Virus record (IMG/VR): IMGVR_UViG_3300022707_004402
Coordinates: 1 to 57,415 of that record
Direction: 5' to 3' (one strand)
Length of the DNA stretch: 57,415 nt
DNA from: a virus
Taxonomy: Duplodnaviria; Caudoviricetes
Shown: piece after piece, positions 9,689-19,585 of the stretch
How the letters are laid out: every line of letters begins with the position of its first letter
Numbering within the stretch: the stretch's first letter is position 1
Made by a program: the position numbers and the translations under genes
Notes under the pieces: generated by a model
Told to the model about the DNA's origin: nothing
Seen by the model: only the letters and a program-made list of their open reading frames with translations
The model's database searches: none

Positions 9689-10597
9689 ATGGCTATTCAA
9701 GCTCTTATCAGATCACAGCATAAATTCACGGAACAGGAAGTTCTGGAATATGTGAAACGCTCAGGCGTCCAATTAATTGAATTGGTGCACAACACTAATG
9801 CCATGCATAGAGAACGTGCCCGTGGTTTTGATGATGTTGTGATGGAGGTTAGCCGAGAAGGCCAAACCCGAATTAAATACAGTACTTTTGGATGTGCAGA
9901 TTTCAAGCCCAATAAATTTGGGCAACGCATTGCATGGGTTCCGAGAACAAAAAGAAATTTAAGGGTTTTGGCTGCATGTTACCGGGATAACGTCTGGACC
10001 ATTGTCGATGCTATAACCCGGGCTGAAATTAAAAAGGTTTCCGATAAAACTCCGGTTACTCAAAAGGAAATTGAATGGCGCAGAAAGAGCAAAGAACATC
10101 CAATTGGTGGCGCAATGGTTGAACAGCGAACTAACAATGATGAAACCTTGAACCAAGAAGAAATGCGAAAGATTCAGGAAGAAAATCGAAAGCTTAAATC
10201 TGAAAATCTGGAATTACTCCAAGGCCGTCCAGACGCATTGGATCCCAATTTTGATCCTCATCCAGCACCTAAAGCGGAAATCTCACCGGAACCAGAAGGG
10301 CCAAAAGAAATTGATATGGGTACTTTGGATCCTCCTGATGAAAAGGGAAAGCCGGATCCGACTGCAAATTTAAGTCCTACTGATGATCCGCCTTCGGATG
10401 CTGATTTGGAAAGCCTGGCTACCGATGAACCGCCGCCGGTTCCGACGCCTTATGCGGAAATGCAAATGAAACAGCTTCAGGCTACTTGTAAATTATATGA
10501 AATTAAAATGCCAGCCCACTCAACTCAGGCCCAATTGATTGATCTCCTTAATAAGGAAAAGCCAATTGGTGAGCCGGCAAAGGCAGTGATCGAATAA
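9689..10597 (+). CDS. Hypothetical protein with Pro/Asp-rich linker and C-terminal HeH/SAP-like helix pair
   Basis: 302 aa; YAEMQMKQLQATCKLYEI...TQAQLIDLL; AAGGAG RBS. Confidence 0.7.
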   Translation: MAIQALIRSQHKFTEQEVLEYVKRSGVQLIELVHNTNAMHRERARGFDDVVMEVSREGQTRIKYSTFGCADFKPNKFGQRIAWVPRTKRNLRVLAACYRDNVWTIVDAITRAEIKKVSDKTPVTQKEIEWRRKSKEHPIGGAMVEQRTNNDETLNQEEMRKIQEENRKLKSENLELLQGRPDALDPNFDPHPAPKAEISPEPEGPKEIDMGTLDPPDEKGKPDPTANLSPTDDPPSDADLESLATDEPPPVPTPYAEMQMKQLQATCKLYEIKMPAHSTQAQLIDLLNKEKPIGEPAKAVIE

Positions 10598-10615
10598 AAT
10601 AGGAGAAGTGGTAGT

Positions 10616-11371
10616 ATGACAACTCAGCAAATCGTTGCTTACTGCAAGCGCAAAGCCAAGGGTCTTACCCGTGAGGATATACTCTCCCTTTTGAATGATG
10701 TTCAGGAATTTATTTTTGGCCATTCAAAAATACAAATGCGCTTTCTTGTTGGCACCAATGGCTCGCCCTCTGCGGAGGATGTGGCAGGATTCCCGCCTTT
10801 TCTGATTACAACTGCAGGAAAGACGGAATATACTTTCCCTGATGTTGGCGAACCCAACAATATTTATCCGGTCAATGTCAGGCGAACTGCCCAGATTTTC
10901 GTGCGTACTACCACTTTCACTCCTTATGATGCAACTAAGTTTGACCGTCGAGCGCTGCTTCGCGAGCCCTTTCATTTTAACGGCATTGAATATGAGAAGA
11001 TCAAGGTGCAGCATTTCGATCGTCAATCTGGAGCTCCAGCCAGAATAATTTTTCCTTTTGACCCGGGGGATACCGTAGATTTTTATTTCCATCTTTTTTA
11101 TCAGTGGCCACCCTTCTTAACCTCAGAAAATGTTGAATTAATCATTCCAGAAGAACATCATATCCATATTCGGGAAGGTGTGTTGTCAATTGCTCGTGGA
11201 GAAATGTATGGGGATATGACGGCCTGGGAACGATTTGAGGACAGGGTTGCCAAGAAAATCTGGTGGCAAATGAATAAGGGTCAAGAAACATTGGGACAAA
11301 GCCCGCTCCGACCGGAATTTCGTTTTGGATTTAATTCAGTGCCGGGATCAAGAGATAGGTATGATATATGA
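10616..11371 (+). CDS. Putative head-tail adaptor protein
   Basis: Position after the capsid module; MT..QIV...LLNDVQ, TTAGKTEYTFP and LIIPEEHH patterns are typical of podophage adaptors. Confidence 0.65.
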   Translation: MTTQQIVAYCKRKAKGLTREDILSLLNDVQEFIFGHSKIQMRFLVGTNGSPSAEDVAGFPPFLITTAGKTEYTFPDVGEPNNIYPVNVRRTAQIFVRTTTFTPYDATKFDRRALLREPFHFNGIEYEKIKVQHFDRQSGAPARIIFPFDPGDTVDFYFHLFYQWPPFLTSENVELIIPEEHHIHIREGVLSIARGEMYGDMTAWERFEDRVAKKIWWQMNKGQETLGQSPLRPEFRFGFNSVPGSRDRYDI

Positions 11372-14007
11372 GCCGAAGACTACGGGAACCAAAACATCAA
11401 TTACAGGGCGAACAAACCATTCGCATTCCGCAGGACTCCTGGCGAGGAATGTGGAACGATCTATCTCCGTCTGAAATCCCTGCCGATGCTACTCATTTAC
11501 TTATTAATTCGGATGCTTATCCAAAAGACATACGCCCCCGCCCGGGTGTGCGTAGATTTTTCCCAGCGTTAATTTATCCCAAGACTACCAAATACGGAAC
11601 GTTTACCAGCGCCTCCAGGGCCGGAAATGTAGTCACCGTCGTGGGCGGAACCATTACCGCACAAGCTGTAGGTCATTATTTTGTTTGGGGTAGTGACGGT
11701 CAAAATCATCAAATCACCAGCTTTTTAACCAGCACCACTTTTACTACCAGACAATCCGGAACACGGGCCACCGATTCCAGCGTGGGAATTCGGGAAAATA
11801 TTTATGGTGATTATTGGGATCGGCGCAATAACCGCCTTTTTCATCAAATTGGAGATCGTTTGTTTTTTAGTGACAACACATTTGCTGCCTGGACTGAAAT
11901 TCCGAGTATAACCGGAACCAAATTGGGATACCAAAAATCCCGGATGTACAATATTAATGATGACATTATAATTATGAATCATGCCGGAATTTTCCGGGTT
12001 ATTATGCGTGTTGAGGATCCCTATTATTTTAAAATTAATTTTGCCACTCCAGTTGTTTGGAAGGAAACGGATGTAATTGAAACCGATCAGCTTACCTTTG
12101 GTCGGCGCCGTCTTTATACTTTTGTCCGAATGCGAAACACTGTTGCAAATAAAGACCGTAGCAATGGTGGGATCCTTGAACAGGAATCTGGACCCAACAA
12201 ATCGGATGCCCGATCAGATGGTGGTCGTTATGATTTCAGCCAGCGTTTTACTGAATTCCCAGTTGGGGACGGAACCAGGCTTTATGGAATTTTAATTGGG
12301 GGCGCCTTAACCACTACTGGAATTGATCCCGCGACTTATAAAGCTATTTCGCAACCCGGGGGATTCGGGATTGCAATAGATACGGCTGTGGCCGGGGTGC
12401 CGGCGCCATCAGAATTTAAGGATATTGCTGTTGATTTCACGGATGTGGTTTTGATCGCTGATGTGGCGGCCGCAATTCAACGGGCAATCCGATCCTTTTT
12501 TCCTAACGCTACTTGTGAAGTAAAAAGCTTTGGATCAGAAACTGATGGATCTGGAACCATTGCCTCACGCTTTGTTTTCACGTCAGGAACATCCAAAGCC
12601 GGGAGTATTTCTAAAATTGAAAAGCCTACCGCTGCTGGAGTTGTTGACATCACAACTTTAATGAATATGGGGATTGCCTCTACCCAAAAAATTGATAATG
12701 CACAAATCGTGGACAAACCCGATGTTGCGGAATTTATTAAAGTCCCGGGTGAAAAACATTGGACACATTATGGGGTTTATGGAACACGAGATATCGGGGA
12801 TGCTGGAACGGATGTCTTAACTGGAATCGGAAACAATCCCGAAAATTACTTTTGGGAAGCGGATTTGCCTTTGTGTGTTGGGGTCCTGGTGGATTCCATT
12901 ACTTCAATTAAATCCGATAAACTCACCTTAGTATTTGATGGGGAAGAGCCCTTTAAACAATTCGATATTGGCAATGCTTACAAGCTTTCTAATGGGGTTT
13001 TTCTGCCTATTCAGAAGGTTACCAATAATTCGCCGGTTGGAAAATGCACAGTTGAATTTGAAAACCTTGGAAGCTTGCTCATGGACCAATCATCTATTTC
13101 TGATGACGGTACTGGAGGGGGAGAAACAACGGGAGCCATCCAAGGGAATCTTGCTTTTAAAGCTATTAAGGATGATGGTGCCGCCACTGGTCCCGGAAAG
13201 ATTGTAGAGATTAAAAGCACTTCATCGAGCAAAACCACTTTTGTTGCTGCCGATGTTGGTGAGCCGATATTCTGGCAGAATGGGGAAGTCGATGTCATTA
13301 TTTCAGTTGCGGCCGGAAAAGCCACTGTGCATCAAGCTGGAGAATTTGCCGTGCAAGGTGCTGGAGTGTCGGCACAAACCAGAAAATTTAATGATACCGT
13401 AAACGATGAAACCCTGGCGCTTCGCCGAGATGGGGGCCTGATTTTAAGAAATAGATTTTTCCAACCGCTTCCCAATCCGTCTGGGGATGGCGTAGTGGTC
13501 CCCGGGTTTATTGTCGTTACCCGATTGAATGATACCTTTATTTGTTATTCAATGGTTCCAAGAAACTATCCGTATATAGGCGGATATCACAATCCTGGAT
13601 ATCAATTTGATGATTCACCCAAAGATACAATTCAGAGACTCAGGCTATTTCCAAATCGGCTGGTAGTTTATTGTTCAAATAGCACCTGGGCCACACCCAC
13701 TAATATTTCTGAGTTTGCTACCGTCGAGGAAATCGGGGAAGCCATTGCAGTTTTAAGACAGCTTGAATTGCAGGAAGATAAGGGCACGCTTTATGTAAAT
13801 GCTGTCGCTCGAATTGATACTTCCATTGATTTGGTAATTACCAATGAGCCGGCCGTCAGGTTGTTTGACGGGTTTAGATATGGTGATGAAGACCTTTCCT
13901 ACAATAAAGTCCGGACCATAATTCAAACAATGTCTCGTCGGATAGTCGGACATTATAACCCTGCCGGTGGTTACCATATGTGGGGCGCAATTGAGGAGGA
14001 TGCATAA
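11368..14007 (+). CDS. Tail nozzle/stabilisation-like protein, N-terminal and central part
   Basis: 879 aa; N-terminal WRGMWND.SPSEIP....LLIN.D...IRPRPG is typical of tail-tubular-B/gp10-like beta-propeller proteins; follows the adaptor. Confidence 0.65.
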   Translation: MSRRLREPKHQLQGEQTIRIPQDSWRGMWNDLSPSEIPADATHLLINSDAYPKDIRPRPGVRRFFPALIYPKTTKYGTFTSASRAGNVVTVVGGTITAQAVGHYFVWGSDGQNHQITSFLTSTTFTTRQSGTRATDSSVGIRENIYGDYWDRRNNRLFHQIGDRLFFSDNTFAAWTEIPSITGTKLGYQKSRMYNINDDIIIMNHAGIFRVIMRVEDPYYFKINFATPVVWKETDVIETDQLTFGRRRLYTFVRMRNTVANKDRSNGGILEQESGPNKSDARSDGGRYDFSQRFTEFPVGDGTRLYGILIGGALTTTGIDPATYKAISQPGGFGIAIDTAVAGVPAPSEFKDIAVDFTDVVLIADVAAAIQRAIRSFFPNATCEVKSFGSETDGSGTIASRFVFTSGTSKAGSISKIEKPTAAGVVDITTLMNMGIASTQKIDNAQIVDKPDVAEFIKVPGEKHWTHYGVYGTRDIGDAGTDVLTGIGNNPENYFWEADLPLCVGVLVDSITSIKSDKLTLVFDGEEPFKQFDIGNAYKLSNGVFLPIQKVTNNSPVGKCTVEFENLGSLLMDQSSISDDGTGGGETTGAIQGNLAFKAIKDDGAATGPGKIVEIKSTSSSKTTFVAADVGEPIFWQNGEVDVIISVAAGKATVHQAGEFAVQGAGVSAQTRKFNDTVNDETLALRRDGGLILRNRFFQPLPNPSGDGVVVPGFIVVTRLNDTFICYSMVPRNYPYIGGYHNPGYQFDDSPKDTIQRLRLFPNRLVVYCSNSTWATPTNISEFATVEEIGEAIAVLRQLELQEDKGTLYVNAVARIDTSIDLVITNEPAVRLFDGFRYGDEDLSYNKVRTIIQTMSRRIVGHYNPAGGYHMWGAIEEDA

Positions 14008-14844
14008 TGCCATCAGTTTATAAATTAGGTGTTACATTAAATGCCGTTGGGGATCCGCAGGTCTGGTCTGCCGTTGAGGTTCAGGCTTTCAAGGATATTA
14101 TTGATTTGGTTGAAACCAATAAAAATGACATCACGACTTTAAACACTGGGGGCAATTGGATTTTAGACACCTCTGGAACCGCCTTTCTTTTCCATTCCGG
14201 AAATGATGTTCGGGTCGTGGGCAAGGCCGGCGTAGATACAATTTTTAAAGTTTTGGGTGGTGCCGAGTCTGGGGGCTTGGGAGGAAAAAAGGTTACTCTT
14301 GATATTCTTGCCTCTGGAACGGTCACGGACACCAAGAATGGGGGGGATGTCGTTGTAAATTATACTGGAGGATCAAACACTGATGCTGGTGGCGGCGGCT
14401 CCACTGGGGGTGGCGGGGCTTCTACTGGAATTTATTTAGGGGGTAATACCACGCAAGACTTGGGCTCTGGAGGGGATGGAACTGTACAAGCCAAAGGTGG
14501 GGGGGGCAACAGGGACAAATTCAAGTGGTGGAGATGGGATTTTGATTGCTGAAGGTGGAGACGGGGTAGATGGGGATGGGGTTGGAAGGGTCCAAATTAA
14601 AAATCCTGTCTCGACTTGGGAGATAAAAACCGCTGGGCTCCGTTTAGATATCCGAAACACAGTTGGAGGATCTGATGTTGATAACTACACTCAATTTACA
14701 AATGGAATTGCCTTGGCCGATGGCGTTACAGCCCCAAGTAGTAGCCTTGCTGGTTTTGCTCAGATGTACATTGATACCGCCGATGGAGATTTAAAAATTC
14801 GTTTTGCTGATGGAACAGTAAAAACCATTGTTGTTGATACCTAA
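14007..14844 (+). CDS. Gly-rich tail-fibre-like protein, frameshifted at the G8 tract 14499-14506
   Basis: Removing one G joins ORFs 14007..14552 and 14476..14844 (…QAKGGGATGTNSSGGDG…); C-terminal MYIDTADGDLKIRFADGTVKTI. Confidence 0.7.
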
Positions 14845-14862
14845 TAGCCAAAAGGAGAAATT

Positions 14863-15093
14863 ATGGCTGTAAAAAAGAAAAATAAACCGGAAAAAAAATG
14901 GATTCCAAAAGTGTTGTTTCTCGATGAGGAATCAAAGAAACAGTTGGGTCTTATGTTTAATCAGAAAGCAACTTTGGATGGTCGTATCCAATCGGTTTTA
15001 ACAGGGATAGCCCTGGGCTGGCGGATTAACACGGATAAATTTGTTTTTGATCAAGATAAAATGGCATTTGTTGAATTAAATAATGGCAGTTGA
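14863..15093 (+). CDS. Small hypothetical protein (possible fibre chaperone)
   Basis: 76 aa, AAGGAG RBS, directly after the fibre-like gene. Confidence 0.65.
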   Translation: MAVKKKNKPEKKWIPKVLFLDEESKKQLGLMFNQKATLDGRIQSVLTGIALGWRINTDKFVFDQDKMAFVELNNGS

Positions 15094-16594
15094 ACCACTC
15101 ACTTATGGGGCCACAGAGGCATATGGGAATCTTCCTTACAAGGGTGAGCCCGTTACGCCCCCAACCAATAAGGTTGCGGATGAAACAGGCAAGTGTCTGC
15201 ATTTGTCTTTGCGGGATTTTCAGGGGGAGGGCTGGTCTCAATACAATGGAGCGGGATGGTCCTGGCCAGATCCGTTTAGTGATGTGATTACGATTATCGA
15301 TTCCAATGAGCATCAGCGCCATATTGTTTTTGATGAGGTTGCTGGGTACCCGGTGGAAATTTCTACTATTGATGGTCCGGCGCTCAGCAATTTGGTTAGG
15401 GAAAATGTGGATAAACGATTTGATGATACTGGGACCGCCATTGCCAGCGAAATCCAATTACCTGAACACAAATATGAACCGGAAAAGTACACGATTGAAC
15501 TCCAGGAAACCAATCTCCAATTCCGGCCATTGGATCGTATTTTGGGATATTTGAGCGGTCTTGAAATTGATATTGATATTTTCCGGAATGGAGAGTTGAC
15601 CAGGGCGGCTTTTAGTAAAAATGTAAAATTGTTTCATCCAATTAACCAACCGGAAACCAGTGAAGAGCCTCTTGCCCGGGTGAGCGGGGATATACATCTG
15701 GATCGGGAAATTGAGGGTGAGCGCTTGCGGTACCGGATTGTAACCAATAAATCTGGATGGCGTTTGGTCAAAGTAAATGCCCAATACATCGTGAGAGACC
15801 GTGAGGCGGCCAGAAACATCCGTAAAAGCACTGAGGACACCCAACAAGAGAATATCAGTAATCCGCCCAGGGTTTGGTTCTCCAGGGGGCCAAGGCCCCA
15901 TATAAATCGATTTAATGGTATTGTAGTGGCTGGTCATGACTTTGACCGCATCACAGGCCCAGATTTCAAAAATAAATCGGCCATGGATTTCACGGGCGCC
16001 GGCAAAGGACTTGAATTTGTGTATCCAGCCGCCATAGCCGCAGATATGACCATCATTTTCAGTATGAACGGGGTTTTGGATGCCGATGTTTTAAATCATG
16101 AAATTGGACCGGAAGCTGGATCGGGATGGGATTTGTTGCCAACCATGGGATATGGATCCCCAATCGGAGGATCTCATTTTCTGGCCACGAACGGCATGGG
16201 CGGACCCATTACTGGGCCAATTCCTGGGGCTGGGAATTATGAACCTCAAATTGAAATCGCTGAATCTGGTGGGAATTTTACTTTAATTTATCGGGATACC
16301 TTAAATGAATTGACTTTTAATCTCACTTGGGATGGAACCGGATGGCAAACAATTCAGGTAGTCCGCAAAGGCACATCTGTTTTTATTTATGAAAATGGTA
16401 AATCCACCATAGCCTCCCAGGTTTTAACTGGGGGAGTGGTTAGTTATTCCGGGCTCGGACAAATCATGGATGGACAAACCGGAAAGATTTTTGACTTTAG
16501 AATTTATAACAAGGAGATAACTCTTTTGGAGTTTCTCTATTACTATACCGATTTAGTGGAAAATAACGCGGATGCGATTTGTCCCATCTGGTAA
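15083..16594 (+). CDS. Tail protein: nozzle-like C-terminal part plus a LamG/ConA-like domain
   Basis: RFDDTGTAIASEIQL resembles the post-propeller domain of nozzle proteins; WQTIQVVRKG..VFIYENG and GKIFDFRIYNKEIT are LamG-like. Confidence 0.6.
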   Translation: MAVEPLTYGATEAYGNLPYKGEPVTPPTNKVADETGKCLHLSLRDFQGEGWSQYNGAGWSWPDPFSDVITIIDSNEHQRHIVFDEVAGYPVEISTIDGPALSNLVRENVDKRFDDTGTAIASEIQLPEHKYEPEKYTIELQETNLQFRPLDRILGYLSGLEIDIDIFRNGELTRAAFSKNVKLFHPINQPETSEEPLARVSGDIHLDREIEGERLRYRIVTNKSGWRLVKVNAQYIVRDREAARNIRKSTEDTQQENISNPPRVWFSRGPRPHINRFNGIVVAGHDFDRITGPDFKNKSAMDFTGAGKGLEFVYPAAIAADMTIIFSMNGVLDADVLNHEIGPEAGSGWDLLPTMGYGSPIGGSHFLATNGMGGPITGPIPGAGNYEPQIEIAESGGNFTLIYRDTLNELTFNLTWDGTGWQTIQVVRKGTSVFIYENGKSTIASQVLTGGVVSYSGLGQIMDGQTGKIFDFRIYNKEITLLEFLYYYTDLVENNADAICPIW

Positions 16595-16609
16595 CAAAAA
16601 GGAGATTCA

Positions 16610-17206
16610 ATGGCATTACCACTCAAAAAAGAACACGTGCTGATTGCGCACGCAAAAATTACTCATCCCGGAATTCTGGTTGGACCTGCATTAAACGTGG
16701 ATCGGGTTGGGAACGGCAGTGTTTTAATTTATCATGCCAGTATTGAGGCTATCGCCAATGCCACTGGAGTAATTTACCTGATCCAAATTAACCCAAAAAA
16801 CATAGATAATGATTCTTGGGTGACGGTAAAACAATTTACTACTGGAACCACTATTCCCATTTTGGCAAACATTGCTGGATCCGAAGCGGCTGGAGAAAAA
16901 ACAATTGCAGTTGTTGCTGGAGAAGAAGTTGGAATTCTAACGGGTGACATTGTTTACATCAGAGATACCACCGTTGAAGCCGATAGTGAATGGGGATTGG
17001 TAGATGAAACGCCCACAGATCAAGTTAATTTGGTGGATGGACTAACTCGGGCAAAAGATTCATCGGATGACATTCTTACCCAGGCAGAAATTTTTGAATT
17101 TGAAATGGATTTGGTAAAAGCATCTCGATTACGTGTTGTCGTACTTGATCGGCCAACTACGGGATCTGACACCGCTGTTAAGGCCTCCTTTTTCGGTGAG
17201 ATTTAG
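16610..17206 (+). CDS. Hypothetical virion protein
   Basis: 198-aa beta-rich ORF with AAGGAG RBS in the tail module. Confidence 0.7.
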   Translation: MALPLKKEHVLIAHAKITHPGILVGPALNVDRVGNGSVLIYHASIEAIANATGVIYLIQINPKNIDNDSWVTVKQFTTGTTIPILANIAGSEAAGEKTIAVVAGEEVGILTGDIVYIRDTTVEADSEWGLVDETPTDQVNLVDGLTRAKDSSDDILTQAEIFEFEMDLVKASRLRVVVLDRPTTGSDTAVKASFFGEI

Positions 17207-17406
17207 TGGGGGTCACCAATAGAATCAGGGGCAGCGTTGATCAGATTCCAGAGAATTCAGAATTAATACAGGTTATTAGAAGAGTTAATGAACAAAACGC
17301 ATATCTATGGGACAAAGCCACCAGGCTGGAGGAAGATGTGGAAGAATTGAAAATAACAAATATCAAATTAAATCAACTGATTCGAAAGGTTCAGCAGGCG
17401 AGTTAG
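17206..17406 (+). CDS. Hypothetical protein
   Basis: 66-aa coiled-coil-like ORF, GTG start coupled to the upstream stop. Confidence 0.5.
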   Translation: MGVTNRIRGSVDQIPENSELIQVIRRVNEQNAYLWDKATRLEEDVEELKITNIKLNQLIRKVQQAS

Positions 17407-17427
17407 TAGTTATGGATCGGAGCAATC

Positions 17428-17907
17428 ATGAATGGATCAGATACAGGACAAGATATTTCGGAAAAACCATGGCCGGACATAAAATCCAATTCCGAATTAT
17501 TAATAAAAATGGCCGTCAAGGAACAGAAAATTTGGGCAAAACTCAATGAAATAAATGGATTTTGTGAGCGCCTTGGAAAAGAGGTAAAGGAAAACAAATC
17601 AAAAGATGATGAAACTCAAAAAGAAATTGAGGACATTAAAGAAAACCGGGCAACTTATATATCATTGGAAAAGGCCAAGATTCGAACCAACGAAGTCGAG
17701 AAGGAACTTAAAAAGGATTTAAATGATTTAAATGAAAAATCTTTTAAACATGGTGATTTTGGAGAATTCAAAGAAAATTATTATGATCCATTGGAAAAAA
17801 GTGTTAATAATCACAGCACCATGATCACAAAGATTTGGACAGTTGGGATTACAATTAATGCAATCATTGGCCTTGGTTTAACAATTTGGGCAATCATAAA
17901 AAGTTAA
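17428..17907 (+). CDS. Coiled-coil protein with C-terminal transmembrane helix (possible holin-like/membrane protein)
   Basis: Charged helical body; hydrophobic end IWTVGITINAIIGLGLTIWAII. Confidence 0.65.
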   Translation: MNGSDTGQDISEKPWPDIKSNSELLIKMAVKEQKIWAKLNEINGFCERLGKEVKENKSKDDETQKEIEDIKENRATYISLEKAKIRTNEVEKELKKDLNDLNEKSFKHGDFGEFKENYYDPLEKSVNNHSTMITKIWTVGITINAIIGLGLTIWAIIKS

Positions 17908-17908
17908 A

Positions 17909-19234
17909 ATGGCACTATATAAATTAGACCCTAATTTCCTATATGCCAATGTAAAAGTTGGCTCTAAGAAAGACGTGTCCGGCAAATCCGTTATGAAAGA
18001 CGGGATGGTTATTGAATGGTATGACGCAAGAGATTGGCGTAATAATGAAGTAGTTTTTTCAGATAATATGCAGATTACAACCGCCTTGATTAAGCTTAAA
18101 AGGGATTGGCGCACCAATTTGATAAATGGTGTTAAATCAGTTTCTAAAACGGGAAAAGAGCGTGCCAGGGCAAATTACTTTGAATTATCCGAACTCGAAA
18201 TTGCACTGGGTATACCAAGTCTGGAAGCCAATTTAAGAGGGAAAAGCATTGTTCCTGTTTTAGATGGAACAGGATTGAGCTCGGCTTTATTAAAAGATTC
18301 TACAAAAAAAGATGCATGGTATGCTTTTGATTTAAATGCAACCACAAGCGGATCCCATGATATTGGAAGTGGAGAAACGTTTACAACATGGTCTGCTGCT
18401 TATGCTGATCTTGGGGATTTAACTGCCAACCTAACTTTTAGAGGGGTGTCAGCCACAACAGAAACTTCTTCTCCCGTAATTACGGAAGATTTAAAAGGGT
18501 TTACTTTTTTAAATAATTCTGACACACCACATAACGGGGATGTGACGGCAGGTCATTTAGTAAGCTGGAATGCTGCTGGAGTCCTTTTTAATTTACAACA
18601 GGAAGACACTGTCGGTGGTGGGATTTTAGAAATAAAAGATTTGAGAATGAAAAGGCTTGTTGATGGTGGAAGTAGTTTTCATGGTCTTATCCAACTTGCC
18701 GCAATAGGAACAGAGCATCTAGTAAAATTAAATGACCTATTTTTAGATGGGAATGGAAAGATTGGGTCTGGTATTTATTCTGCCGATAGTACTCCGATTA
18801 TTGAGGCGTTTAATCTTAAAATATGGACTGAGGGTGGAGCCTCTTCCCAAGGACTTTATTTTGAAACTGCAATTAATGCCAAGTCAAAATTTGAAAATAT
18901 AACAGTTTTTTCCACTACAAACAATTTTAGGCTAGTTAATTTAGTGCTGGCATTGGTGAATTGCTTGTCATTAGATAGTGTTACCACCGATTTTTCTCAG
19001 CATGGGAATGCAATAGGAAGGTCTTGTGTTTCCACAGATGCCACAGCAAATTCATTTGGAACTAATGTCAATAACACGGATTCTGTCACGGCTACCGATG
19101 AGGTTAGGTCTTTGGATGATACCGAGCCTGATTTCTTAAAATCAAAATCTGAAGGGAAAAGCGAAGATGAGGGGCACCCTGCAATGATATTAGAAAATGT
19201 ATTGGGAATCCGTGGAAATGCGAGGCCCCATTAA
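17909..19234 (+). CDS. Putative tail spike/receptor-binding protein (beta-helix-like)
   Basis: 441 aa; IGSGETFTTWSAA motif, beta-helix-like repeats, ends ...DFLKSK...GIRGNARPH. Confidence 0.6.
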   Translation: MALYKLDPNFLYANVKVGSKKDVSGKSVMKDGMVIEWYDARDWRNNEVVFSDNMQITTALIKLKRDWRTNLINGVKSVSKTGKERARANYFELSELEIALGIPSLEANLRGKSIVPVLDGTGLSSALLKDSTKKDAWYAFDLNATTSGSHDIGSGETFTTWSAAYADLGDLTANLTFRGVSATTETSSPVITEDLKGFTFLNNSDTPHNGDVTAGHLVSWNAAGVLFNLQQEDTVGGGILEIKDLRMKRLVDGGSSFHGLIQLAAIGTEHLVKLNDLFLDGNGKIGSGIYSADSTPIIEAFNLKIWTEGGASSQGLYFETAINAKSKFENITVFSTTNNFRLVNLVLALVNCLSLDSVTTDFSQHGNAIGRSCVSTDATANSFGTNVNNTDSVTATDEVRSLDDTEPDFLKSKSEGKSEDEGHPAMILENVLGIRGNARPH

Positions 19235-19584
19235 TGGCAACCCAATTATTATTGAAAGTTCTTAGGGCCGGTGGAGGTAAAAAATACGGAAATGGGGATA
19301 TTATTGAATGTGAGCCCTCTGGGTTTCAATGGGGCGGTCAGGATTTATGTGTTAATTTGGTTGTTGAGATTCCCGAGGACTTAACAGCGGTGGAAAGAAA
19401 AACAAATGCAGCAAAATTTTATTTACCAGGAGATGAGGGCGGAGTTATTCAAAAGCAAAGGCTCTATAAAATTGATTATGCAGTCAAAGTGACAGATGAT
19501 GAGCTGAAAGAAATTTGGGATAAAACTAAAAAATGCAAAATAATAACTGGAAAATTTGTAAAATCAGACATCGTGAGAAATTAA
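19234..19584 (+). CDS. Small protein associated with the spike gene
   Basis: 116 aa; YGNGDIIECEPSGFQWG pattern; TAATG-coupled. Confidence 0.65.
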   Translation: MATQLLLKVLRAGGGKKYGNGDIIECEPSGFQWGGQDLCVNLVVEIPEDLTAVERKTNAAKFYLPGDEGGVIQKQRLYKIDYAVKVTDDELKEIWDKTKKCKIITGKFVKSDIVRN

Positions 19585-19585
19585 A

